Made by a program: the position numbers and the translations under genes. This document shows, piece by piece, positions 49,386 through 58,994 of a DNA stretch of 64,000 nt; positions within the stretch are counted from its first letter, which is position 1; each line of letters begins with the position of its first letter. The notes under the pieces were generated by a model. That model searched no databases. It worked only from the letters and a program-made list of their open reading frames with translations, and was not told the origin of the DNA. The DNA is from an uncultured Candidatus Rokubacteria bacterium (GTDB taxonomy: Bacteria; Methylomirabilota; Methylomirabilia; Rokubacteriales; CSP1-6), in contig CAVWFS010000008.1 in NCBI GenBank assembly GCA_963754315.1, positions 256,001-320,000 of the forward strand, read 5' to 3'.

Positions 49386-49431
49386 GCTCGTCATTGTAGG
49401 ACCCTTCCAAGCCTCGCGGAAGGACTCTGCG

Positions 49432-50238
49432 TCACCCTAGACGGCCTACGAATCCGACGAGATCAAGCGCGAAGCGCTCGGGCTCCTCCCAGTGCAGCGC
49501 GTGGCCGGCATTCTCGTAGACGACGAGGCGCGCCCCGACGATGGCCGCCAGCAGAGCATCCTGATCCGCTCGCGAGCAGAGGGAATCCCGCGTGCCCCAC
49601 ACGACAAGAGTGGGAGCCGAGATCGTCCCGAGCTCTCCCGTGAAGTCGTCCTCGAAGAACCCTTCGAACGCCGCCCGCCACACCCGCGCCGGGACCTTCA
49701 GGCTTTCCCGCACGACAGTGTCGAGGTACAACGGGGGCACCGGCTGGGCAAGGGTGCTCTCTTGGAACTCGCGCACGAAGGCCGGATCGACGGGATCGGT
49801 CAGCCGCGAGACGGTAGATTCCCAGAGTGTCACGAGCTCGGTGTTCGCGCGGTAGGACGCGAACGCGCCTACGAGCACGAGCCCCCGCATGCGTCCGGGA
49901 TGGTCAATAGCGAAGCGCATGGCGTTGGTGCTGCCCATCGAGTGCCCAACGACCAGCACCGGCCCGAGACTCAACGCGTCCGCGAACGCTGCCACATCCG
50001 CCGCGAAATCCCGCGTGCGGTAACCGGCCACGGGCCGACCAGAGTCGCCATGGCCTCTTTGGGTCACGGCGAAGGCGCGAATGGACGTTGGCAGGTGAGG
50101 CAACACCCGCTCGAAGGAGCGCCAGGAGTCGGTGACGCCGTGCAGAAGCAGCATCGGCACTCCCGCCCGGTCGCCCTGCTCGACGTACTCGAGCGTCACC
50201 CGGCCGGGCAGCTCGATCGACCTCGCGATAGGAGTCAT
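49432..50238 (-). CDS. Alpha/beta fold hydrolase
   Basis: LLHGVTDS, RGHGDS, GHSMG, WGTRD, AGHALHWE. Confidence 0.9.
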   Translation of the reverse strand: MTPIARSIELPGRVTLEYVEQGDRAGVPMLLLHGVTDSWRSFERVLPHLPTSIRAFAVTQRGHGDSGRPVAGYRTRDFAADVAAFADALSLGPVLVVGHSMGSTNAMRFAIDHPGRMRGLVLVGAFASYRANTELVTLWESTVSRLTDPVDPAFVREFQESTLAQPVPPLYLDTVVRESLKVPARVWRAAFEGFFEDDFTGELGTISAPTLVVWGTRDSLCSRADQDALLAAIVGARLVVYENAGHALHWEEPERFALDLVGFVGRLG

Positions 50239-50300
50239 GTCTCTCGGCGGCCTCTCGACGACGAGACTGCCGGTAGTGTAGACGAAGCCAGGAGGGTGCC

Positions 50301-51251
50301 ATGCGCTTCGTGAGCGCCGAGGAGATCCACCGAGTCTTGACCTTCCCCGCTCTGGTCGCGGCCATGGAGGCCAGCCATCGCCGCCCGCGAATCGCGATCC
50401 GCGATCTCGTCATGGGCGAGGAGAGAGCTCACTACTTCGTGCGGTCGGCCGTTGATGCCGGCCGTGTGCTGGGCAGCAAACTCTTCACCAGCTTTCCCGA
50501 CAACCTCGTCGCTGGAGCTCGGGGCGGGCACCCCGTCCCCGCCGTCCAGGGAGTGTACGTGCTGTTCGATGGGACCAACGGTCGCCCACGAGCAGTGCTC
50601 GATGGCACCGAGATCACATGGTGGAAGACGTCCGCCGACTCGGCTCTCGGGGCCCGGTTACTCGCGCCTGACAATCCACACACCTTGCTGGTGGTCGGCG
50701 CGGGGGCGATGGCCCCCTGGCTGGTGCGCGCGCACCGTTTCGCGCGGCCCTCGATACGCCGCGTGCTCGTCTGGAACCGTACACAAGCGCGCGCCGCCGC
50801 TCTGGCGGCTCGACTGGGCGACGAGGGAATCACGGCGGATGCAATCGCGGACCTCGAGGCGGCGGTACGAGGGGCGCAGATCATCACCTCGGTCACGCGC
50901 AGCCACACACCGCTCATTCAGGGATCGTGGCTCGGGCCCGGCGTGCACCTGGATCTCGTAGGCGGTTACACACCGGAGACGCGCGAGGCTGACGACGAAG
51001 CGGTCCGCCGGTCTCGCATCTTTGTGGACCGCCTCGAATCAGCCCTCGATGTGGGCGACATCCAGCAGCCGATTGCAAGCGGCGCCATCCGCAAGGAGGC
51101 CATCCTCGGGGACCTCTACGACCTGGTGGGCGGTGCCGTGCCGGGCCGGCTGGGCGGCAACGACATGACGCTCTTCAAGAATGCGGGCGGCGGTCATCTC
51201 GACCTGATGACCGCCCAGGCGATCATGTCGCAGCTGGAGGCCGACCTCTAG
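50301..51251 (+). CDS. Ornithine cyclodeaminase/mu-crystallin family protein
   Basis: LFDGTNG, DGTEITWWKT, VGAGAMA, HLDLVGG, LFKNAGGGHLD. Confidence 0.88.
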   Translation: MRFVSAEEIHRVLTFPALVAAMEASHRRPRIAIRDLVMGEERAHYFVRSAVDAGRVLGSKLFTSFPDNLVAGARGGHPVPAVQGVYVLFDGTNGRPRAVLDGTEITWWKTSADSALGARLLAPDNPHTLLVVGAGAMAPWLVRAHRFARPSIRRVLVWNRTQARAAALAARLGDEGITADAIADLEAAVRGAQIITSVTRSHTPLIQGSWLGPGVHLDLVGGYTPETREADDEAVRRSRIFVDRLESALDVGDIQQPIASGAIRKEAILGDLYDLVGGAVPGRLGGNDMTLFKNAGGGHLDLMTAQAIMSQLEADL

Positions 51252-51618
51252 CTTGCCACGGCCGCGCCATAGACGATGGCCGGGACGAGGCGCCGGTGGA
51301 CGGGATCGATCGCCAGCCCGAAGCCCTCCAGGTGTAGGCGCCGAGGACGGCGAGATCGCCCGACTCACCGAAGACGCATAGGGTGTGCAAGGTCCGGCCT
51401 TCGAGGGTGATCAGGACCTCGGCCGCGCCCCGGTCGAGCGTTCGCCCCTCGATGGTGAGAAGACGTCGACGCTCCGTGGGCTGGACACCGAGGTCGCGCA
51501 GCACGGCCGCCGACACCCACGTGTACAGCGAGCCGCTGTCGACGAGGAGCTTGACGATCTCCCGCCGAGCGGGCCGTGCCGGCGACGCGAGCTGGACCTC
51601 GGCGAAAAACGTGCCCAT
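51248..51618 (-). CDS. Clan AA (retropepsin-like) aspartyl protease, frameshifted near 51331
   Basis: LLVDSGS catalytic motif; VLGAYT continues as LEGFGLAIDPVHRRLVP...* if one C is added. Confidence 0.8.
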
Positions 51619-51774
51619 TGCGGTTAGCTCGACGGTATCACTGGGGAGGGCGAGCGCAAGCGTATCTGTTCAGCGACGTTCAACGGTAGCGCATCGCCTG
51701 AAGACCCCATCTTGACTCTGCGCCCAGGCTGGGGGAGTCTCGCGGGGAACCACCGAAGGCCACGGAGGGCGGTC

Positions 51775-52761
51775 ATGGCGGAGCGAGAGTTGACCTACGG
51801 CGAGGCGGTCCGCGAGGCGATCGCGGAGGAGATGCGGCGCGACTCGCGTGTGTTCCTCATCGGGGAGGATGTGGCGGAGGCCGGCCACCCCTTTAAGACC
51901 TTGGTCGGCCTGGTGCAGGAGTTCGGGACCGAGCGAATCATTGACACACCCATCTCCGAGCCTGGCTATGCGGGCATCGGCGTGGGGGCGGCCATGACCG
52001 GTATGCGCCCCATCGTGGATGTGATGTTCGGCGACTTCATCACCCTCACCATGGACCAAATGGTGAACCAGGCGGCCAAGGCTCACTACATGTCGGGCGG
52101 CAAGATCAAGGTGCCCATCGTCTTCCGGACAACGTTGGGGGCCACGCGCCGCTCGGCCGCCCAGCACTCGCAGTCGCTCCACGCCTGGGTGAGCCACATC
52201 CCCGGCCTCAAGGTGGCCCTGCCCTCCGGTCCCTACGAGGCCAAAGGTCTCATGAAGACGGCCATCCGCGACGACAGCCCTGTGGTCATCTTCGAGGACA
52301 AGATGATGTACCGGGTCAAGGGCCCGGTGCCGGAGAGCGACTACACCATCCCCTTCGGCGTGGCCGAGATCAAGCGCGCGGGCACGGACATCACCATCGT
52401 GGCCACCAGCAGCATGGTGACGGTGGCTCTCGGCGCGGCCACCATGCTTGAAGAGGCCGGCATCAGCGCCGAGGTGATCGACCCTCGGACGACGTGGCCG
52501 CTCGACAAGCAGGCGCTGATCGACTCGGCCAAGAAGACCTCGCGCGCCCTGGTAGTCGACGAGGGTTACGAGCGCTACGGGGTGACGGCGGAAATGGCCT
52601 CGGTGATCGCGGAGGGAGCCTTCTACCATCTCGATGCGCCCGTCAAGCGCATCGGGGCCATGGACGTGCCGGTCCCGTTCTCGCCTGTGCTTGAGGACCT
52701 CACCGTGCCGACCGAGAAATCGGTATTCGAGGCGGCGAAGGCGCTGTGTAAGAAGGCCTGA
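51775..52761 (+). CDS. 2-oxoacid/acetoin dehydrogenase E1 beta subunit
   Basis: GEDV, DTPISE, GMRPIVD, NQAAK, AAQHSQ, FEDK. Confidence 0.93.
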   Translation: MAERELTYGEAVREAIAEEMRRDSRVFLIGEDVAEAGHPFKTLVGLVQEFGTERIIDTPISEPGYAGIGVGAAMTGMRPIVDVMFGDFITLTMDQMVNQAAKAHYMSGGKIKVPIVFRTTLGATRRSAAQHSQSLHAWVSHIPGLKVALPSGPYEAKGLMKTAIRDDSPVVIFEDKMMYRVKGPVPESDYTIPFGVAEIKRAGTDITIVATSSMVTVALGAATMLEEAGISAEVIDPRTTWPLDKQALIDSAKKTSRALVVDEGYERYGVTAEMASVIAEGAFYHLDAPVKRIGAMDVPVPFSPVLEDLTVPTEKSVFEAAKALCKKA

Positions 52762-52773
52762 GGCACTCAGCCG

Positions 52774-54191
52774 ATGCCGACCAACGTCATCATGCCGGCG
52801 CTGGAGCTGGCGCAGGAGAGCGGCAAGGTCCTTCGCTGGCTGAAGGCCCCCGGCGATCGGGTGCAGAAGGGCGACCCGCTGGTGGAGATCGAAACCGACA
52901 AGATCACCACCGAGATCGAGGCGCCCGAGTCGGGCATCCTGCGCGACGTGACCGCGCAGGAAGGCGCGGTGATCCCGGTCGGCCAGACCATCGCGGTCAT
53001 CGGCGAGGCTGTGGGCGCAGTGGTGGCTGCTGCTGGCGGGCGGGGAACTGCTGCCGCAGCGCCAGCCGGGGCAAGGCCGGCGCCGCGGCAGCGATGGAGG
53101 GCTGTGGCGTCGTCATCTGAAACGGCCGGCACGGCTGGCCGTCCGGATCGGCTGGGGCCGCGACCAAGGCGTCGCCCCTTGCCCGGAAGCTCGCCGAGCA
53201 GCACGGCGTCGACCTCTCCCAGATCAAGGCAACCGGAGGCACGATCCAGAAGGCCGACGTGCTCGCCTACGTCGAAAGCCAGAAGTCAGCTCCCGCCGGC
53301 AACGGGGTAGCGGCGCGTCTGGCACCCGCGTCGCCGAAAGCGCGGCGCCTGGCTGCCCAGCGCGGTTTCGACATCGGTGCGATAGCCGGCTCGGGCCCCG
53401 GCGGCGCCGTGCTGGCGGCGGATGTGGCGGCGGCAGCGCGCCCATCGGCACAAGTCCTCGCCGTGGCGGTTTCGCCGGTCCCAAGCATTGAGGCGCCTGC
53501 TCCCGCTGCCGCCCGAGCAGACACACAAGGCGTCAGCACGGTCTGGCGCATCATGGCCGAGCGCATGACGACGAGCTGGACCACGGCGCCCCACTTCTAT
53601 CTGGTGCGTGAGGTCACGGTGAGCCGCCTGGCCACGTGGCGCGAGCGGGCTAGCAAGCAGGCCAGCGCGCGCATCACCTACACGGATCTCTTGGTCAAGC
53701 TCGTCGCGGCGGCCCTGGCGCGGCACCCTGCCGTGAACACGTCGTGGAAGGACGGCGCCATCGTGCGCCACGCCGAGATCAACATCGGCCTGGCCGTGGC
53801 CATCGACGACGGCCTCATCGTCCCCGTCATTCACCGCGCCGACACGCTGAGCCTTACCGAGATCGCCACTCGCCGCGAGGACGTCGTAACCCGCGGCCAG
53901 TCCGGCAAGCTGCGCCCGGCCGACATCCAGGGCGGCGTGTTCACGATCAGCAACCTCGGGATGTACGGCGTCGACGCCTTCAACGCCATCGTCAACCCGC
54001 CGCAGGCGGCGATCCTGGCCGTCGGCCGCATCGCCGACCGGGTGGTGGCGGTCAACGGCCAACCGGCCGTCCAGCCCACGATGGTGCTGACCTTGTCCTG
54101 CGACCACCGGGCCCTCGACGGCGCCCGGGCCGCCCAGTTCCTCGGTACGCTCGCCGATCTGATCGAGGAGCCCCTAGTACTGCTCGTATGA
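52774..54191 (+). CDS. Dihydrolipoamide acyltransferase E2, frameshifted about 53120-53160
   Basis: Lipoyl domain EIETDKIT; two PSBD repeats (ASPLARKLA and ASPKARRLA); FTISNLG, DHRALDGA. Confidence 0.9.
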
Positions 54192-54245
54192 ACCCGGCTG
54201 CGCTGAGTTGACCGTCAGAGCGCTCTCAAGAACTCGGCTGGAACG

Positions 54246-54512
54246 GTGAAGCCAGTCATCTTCACCCGCCACGCGCGCCAAAGATTGGTTGAGCGCGGGA
54301 CAACTGAGGACGAGGTGATCGGGACTATACGCGACGCGCCGTGGGTTCAAACTGACGGGCGGCGGTTCGCAGCCACCAAGTAGTACCCTTTCGGCCAAGC
54401 ACATGAAGGGTCTTTCTATCCAGGCAAGGACGTTCGTCCCATTTTTGTGGAGGAATCGGAGCGGTTGGTAGTCGTGACGGTCTACGTATACTTCAGTCAG
54501 ACGGGCGGAGCC
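54246..54512 (+). pseudogene. DUF4258-like putative toxin with in-frame TAG (54381-54383)
   Basis: VKPVIFTRHARQRLVERGTTEDEVIGTI...ATK*YPF...VRPIFVEESERLVVVTVYVYF; not in the ORF track. Confidence 0.7.
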
Positions 54513-54746
54513 ATGAAGATCACCTACGATGCCGATGCCGATGCGATGTACATCTACCTCGAGGTCAAACCGGGGCAGGCGGTCAAACATACTCAGGAGC
54601 TCGGCGACGGGATCGCCGTGGACTATACCAGTGGCGAAGGCGTCTACGGGATCGAGATCCTGGATGCCAGCGAGCGTCTCGGTTTTGCGAGGGGATGCCC
54701 CGAAGTATCGCTGGAGCAGCTCGTCTTCAAGGGCGCCCGTTCATAG
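54513..54746 (+). CDS. DUF2283-like putative antitoxin
   Basis: MKITYDADADAMYIYL...GIAVDY...VYGIEILDAS; GGAG RBS. Confidence 0.85.
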   Translation: MKITYDADADAMYIYLEVKPGQAVKHTQELGDGIAVDYTSGEGVYGIEILDASERLGFARGCPEVSLEQLVFKGARS

Positions 54747-54812
54747 CGCGCCTCCGCCGTTCAGTAGGGGGCAACGCCTTCATTGTCAGACCACGCGGGC
54801 CAGGCACTGCTC

Positions 54813-55744
54813 TTACGCAGATTCCTCGTCGAAGTAGTCGCCGTCCAGCCTCGGTACCCTGACAGGCCGGAGGGTGACACCGACTTCGTGGTCGATCATA
54901 AGGTCCGCTAGTTGGGCACCGTTGACCAGAACAACGCGTTCCACTGATCGCGCGAACTCTACTGCCTGTGACGTGAAGGCGGAGGTCGTAATGAACACGC
55001 CCTTGCTAGCGCGCTGACCGGCAAGAGCCCCGTAGAATGCCTGCACTTCGGGACGACCAACGGGTTGCTGCCAGCGCTTCGCCTGGACGTAGACCTTCTC
55101 GAGACCGAGCTTGTCTAGCGAGATGATCCCGTCAATGCCGCCGTCGCCTGTCCCACCAACTCGCTGTAGATCTGCCCTGCTGGCCCCGTAACCCATGCGG
55201 TGAAGAAGATCGAGCACAAGAGTCTCGAAGAAAGAGGGAGAGACTCTCCGGACGGCTTCGAGAACTTCGGCCGCGACGGTGCCACGCAATTCGGCAAGGG
55301 CATCCTCAAGCCTGTCATCGGGACTCGCAGTTGAGCGGCGTATGGCTCGGTACGGGAGAGGCGCCGTCCGGCTGGCGGCGTAGGCGGCTGGACTCCTCTG
55401 AGCCTGACGTCCATGTGGCCGGTCGCCAACTCTTCCACATCGTCAACTGAAAGAGGTGAGGCGTGCCCTTTTGCGAAGGCCAGCCCCGCCGCGGTCAAAC
55501 GCCAGAACCCGCGACGGACACTGTCCGAAAGCCCGGCGCGCTTGAGCCGATCATGGGCCCATCCAGCTCGATTCTTGTATACGGGCTGCCGGCCGCTCGG
55601 AAGTAGCTGTTGCTTGTTAGCGTCACTCAAACCGAGCGCTACCGCCGCGGCCTCATGGACGTCTCGGGCAGCCGCACCCTCCGAATGTTCGGCCAGATAC
55701 CGGAGGATTGGCTCGATGAATTTATCGTAGGTTGGTACCGGCAT
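54813..55744 (-). CDS. mrr: Mrr type IV restriction endonuclease, frameshifted about 55340-55380
   Basis: Mrr_N: VPTYDKFIEPIL..LLPSGRQPVYKNRAGWA. Catalytic domain: FFETLVLDLL..GDGGIDG..YVQAKRW..KGVFITTS. Confidence 0.92.
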
Positions 55745-56180
55745 CTTATTCGACCTCGCTGGGAGGCGGGTAGTTGCCGTTGTTTCGCCTAGGCAGAGAG
55801 ACGTATCTTCTTGGGCTACCTCCAGGCCGCACAACGCTCGCGTCGCCAGCCGCAGCGAACGGATGATCCGCGGTGTCTCACTACTTGTCGGCGCGGACGG
55901 GAAGTTATGTGATTCTCGTTTCTCCAGCCGAACCTCGGCCACAGATTGTAGCCAATCGTAGATCTCGGACCTCGAACGACCGACTCGACCTCTTTCTGGC
56001 TCACTTCCTGATCCGAGGAGGTCTCCGACTCCTAGAGAATCCATTGATCGGCGCTGCTGAAGTTGTTGATGCTGTCGTAAGATCCTTGCGGATGTATATG
56101 TTCCCGTTCGGGTAGGTGTGGCGGTGCGTCTATTCACGATCGCCGCGCGATGGCCCGAGGGCCATCCAGGGAGAACATGC

Positions 56181-56656
56181 ATGGCGAAGCTGGCGTTGCG
56201 AGTGAACGGCGCGAACCGAAACGGTCGAGTCGGACGACCCCGACATCCCGCTCCTCTACGTCCTCCGGAACGACCTCGGCCTGACGGGCACCCACTTCGG
56301 CTGCGGCCTCGCCCAGTGCGGCGCCTGCACTGTCCTCGCCGACGGCCGCGCTGTTCGCTCGTGCGTCGTGTCCGCGAAGTCAGTCGCTGGCCAAGAGATC
56401 ATCACTATCGAGGGCCTGGGTTCGCCCGATCGCCCCGATCCGCTCCAGGCGGCGTTCATCGCAGAGCAAGCCGCGCAATGTGGGTACTGCACGGCCGGCA
56501 TGGTCATGACCGCGCGCGCCCTGCTCGCGCCACGCCGCGGCCGAGCGAGCAGCAGGTACGGGAGGCGCTGGCCGGCAACCTGTGCCGCTGCGGCAGCCAC
56601 GTGCGCGTGATCCGCGCGGTGATGCGCGCCGCCGCCGCCACCCCGGAGGGCGCTGA
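56181..56656 (+). CDS. 2Fe-2S small subunit (CoxS/IorA-like), frameshifted about 56218 and 56530
   Basis: LLYVLRNDLGL..GCGLAQCGACTV, TIEGL, QCGYCTAG, NLCRCG. 3' end approximate. Confidence 0.85.
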
Positions 56657-56657
56657 G

Positions 56658-58892
56658 ATGGATACCATGCGCATCTCGCGACGCGAGCTTCCTCGCCGCG
56701 GGCGGGGTGTTGATCGTCGGCCTCGGCGCTGGACGGCCCGGCGGGCTCCGGCTCAAACCGTAGCCGGCGCCGATCGCTTCCTCGGTAAGCCGCTGGCGCC
56801 AGACGTGCTCGACTCGTTCCTGGCCGTGCACGCCGATGGCTCGGTGACCATCTTCGTCGGCAAGGTAGACATCGGCACCGGCGGGCGCATCGCCATGCGC
56901 CAGCTCGTCGGCGAGGAGCTCGACGTGCCCCTCGAGCGCATCGCATGATCGAGGGCGACACCGCGCTCACGCCCAACCAGGGTCCCACCTCGGGCAGTTA
57001 CGGCATCGCGCGCGGGGGCGTGCAGCTTCGCCGGGCGGCGGCCACCGCACGCCATGCGCTGGTCGCCCAGGCGGCCCAACGGCTCGGCAAGCCGGTGGGG
57101 GATCTCGAGGTCGTCGATGGCGTCGTCCGCGCGAAGGACGGCAGCGCCTCGGTCGGCTACGGCGAGCTGATCGGCGACGCGCGTTCAACCTGAAGGTCGA
57201 CGCCAAGGCACCGCTGAAGGCGCCGGAGCGCTACCGGTTCATCGGTAAACCTCTCCGCCGGCCTGACGTGCCAGCGAAGGTGACGGGCCACCACCGCTAT
57301 CTGCAAGACCTGGTTCTGCCCGGCATGCTTCACGCTCGGGTCATCCGACCGCCGGCGCTGGGCGCCTCTCTGGTGTCCGCGGACGAGGCGTCCATCGCCG
57401 GGATCGGCGGCGCACGCACGGTGCGGATTCAGAGCTTCCTGGCCGTGGTGGCCGAGCGCGAGTGGGATGCAATCCGCGCGGCGCGGGCCCTCCAGACGAA
57501 ATGGACGCGCGGGCACCGGGCTGCCGACGATCACGCGAAGGAGTTCGAGGCGATGCGGGCGAGCAAGGTCGTGCGCGACCAGGAGGTCGCCAAGCGAGGC
57601 GATCTCTCGGCGCTGAGCGCGCCGCCGGCAGGCACCCGGATCCTGGCGGCCACCTATCGCTGGCCTATCCAGACCCACGGCTCCATCGCGCCTTCGTGCG
57701 GCGTGGCCAACGTGCGCGCCGACGGGGCCACCATCTGGAGCTCGTCCCAGGCCACGCCACAACCTCCAGAACACCTGCGCGCGAGCGCTCGGGCTCGAGA
57801 AGGATCGGGTGCGGGTGATCTACCTCGACGGCTCGGGCTCGTACGGGCCCAACGGCGACGCCGACGCGGCCATGGAGGCGGCGCTGCTGTCGAAGAGTAT
57901 CGGGCGGCCTGTGCGCGTGCAGTGGACCCGCCAGGAGGAGCACGGCCTCGACCCGAAGGGCCCCGCCCAGCTCCTCGAGCTGCGGGGCGCCGTAGACGCG
58001 GATGGCGAGGTGGCGGCGTGGGAGACGCAGGCGTGGCTGCCTATCGCCACCGCGAACTTGCCTCACATTCCTCTGTTATCGCTGGACGCGGCGGGGATTC
58101 CTCAGACACCGGGCCGCTCGACGGGATTGATCTACCAGAACATCGATCCACCCTACGCGATGCCCAATCTCCACGCGGTGGTGCACTGGCTGCCCGACGC
58201 GCCGCTGCGCACCTCGGCCATCCGCGCGCCAGGGAAGGTGGCCAATACGTTCGCGGTGGAGTCATTCACGGACGAGATTGCGGCGCTGACGCGCGTGGAT
58301 CCGGTGGAATTCCGCCTCAGGCGTCTCACCAATCCCCGGGGGACCGAGGTGCTGCGGCGCGTGGCGTCGCGAATGGGCTGGCAGCCGCGGCCCTCTCCGA
58401 GGCCAATCGACCGACCTCGGCCGTGCTCACGGGGCGTGGCATCGCCTACGTACACTACAAACACGAGGAGACGTTGGTAGCCATGGGCATGGAGGTGGCG
58501 GTGGAGCGCGCCACCGGCCGCGTCCGGGTCACGCGCGTCGTGTGCGCCCAGGATTGCGGGCTCATGATCAACCCGGACTGCGTGCAGGCCCAGCTCGAGG
58601 GCAACATCATCCAGACGCTCTCGCGCACCTTGCACGAGGAGGTGGTGTACGACCGGAACGGCGTCACCACGGTGGACTGGGCCTCGTACCCGATCCTGAC
58701 CTTTCCCGACGTGCCCGCGCTGGAGTTCGAGCTGATCCAGCGGCTGGACCAACCGCCGCTCGGCGCGGGGGAGGCCGCCTCCACGCCCGTGCCAGCGGCC
58801 CTCGCCAACGCCGTGTTCGACGCCACCGGCGTGCGGCTGCGCACGGTGCCGTTCCGGGCGGAGCGGGTGAAGGCGGCCTGGCCGGAAGCTGA
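56658..58892 (+). CDS. Xanthine oxidase family Mo-binding large subunit (IorB/nicotinate dehydrogenase B-like), several frameshifts
   Basis: ISRRE, GKVDIGTG, EELDV, PAKVTG, QTHGSIAPSC, GSGSYG, QWTRQEEH, FAVESFTDE, DCGLMINPD..QLEGN, GAGE, NAVFDATGVRLR, spread over shifting frames. Confidence 0.85.
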
Positions 58893-58994
58893 CGGCGGTT
58901 CCATCCATCGGCGCGCGGCTCGGCTTGCTCGGATGTGTACCTCGCGCGCGGACATCGTCCTCCCCCGGCATGCGATGATGGACGAGAGGGAAAC

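Noticed and set aside
54381..54383. Pyrrolysine or genetic-code reassignment of TAG
   Set aside because: TAG terminates many intact genes here and no pyl genes are visible.
55745..56182. 146-aa N-terminal extension of Mrr
   Set aside because: The Mrr family N-terminus starts at 55744; the upstream translation has no recognisable features.
28150..58890. Programmed ribosomal frameshifting
   Set aside because: No consistent slippery motif; shifts occur in unrelated enzymes and in clusters, as expected for sequencing indels.
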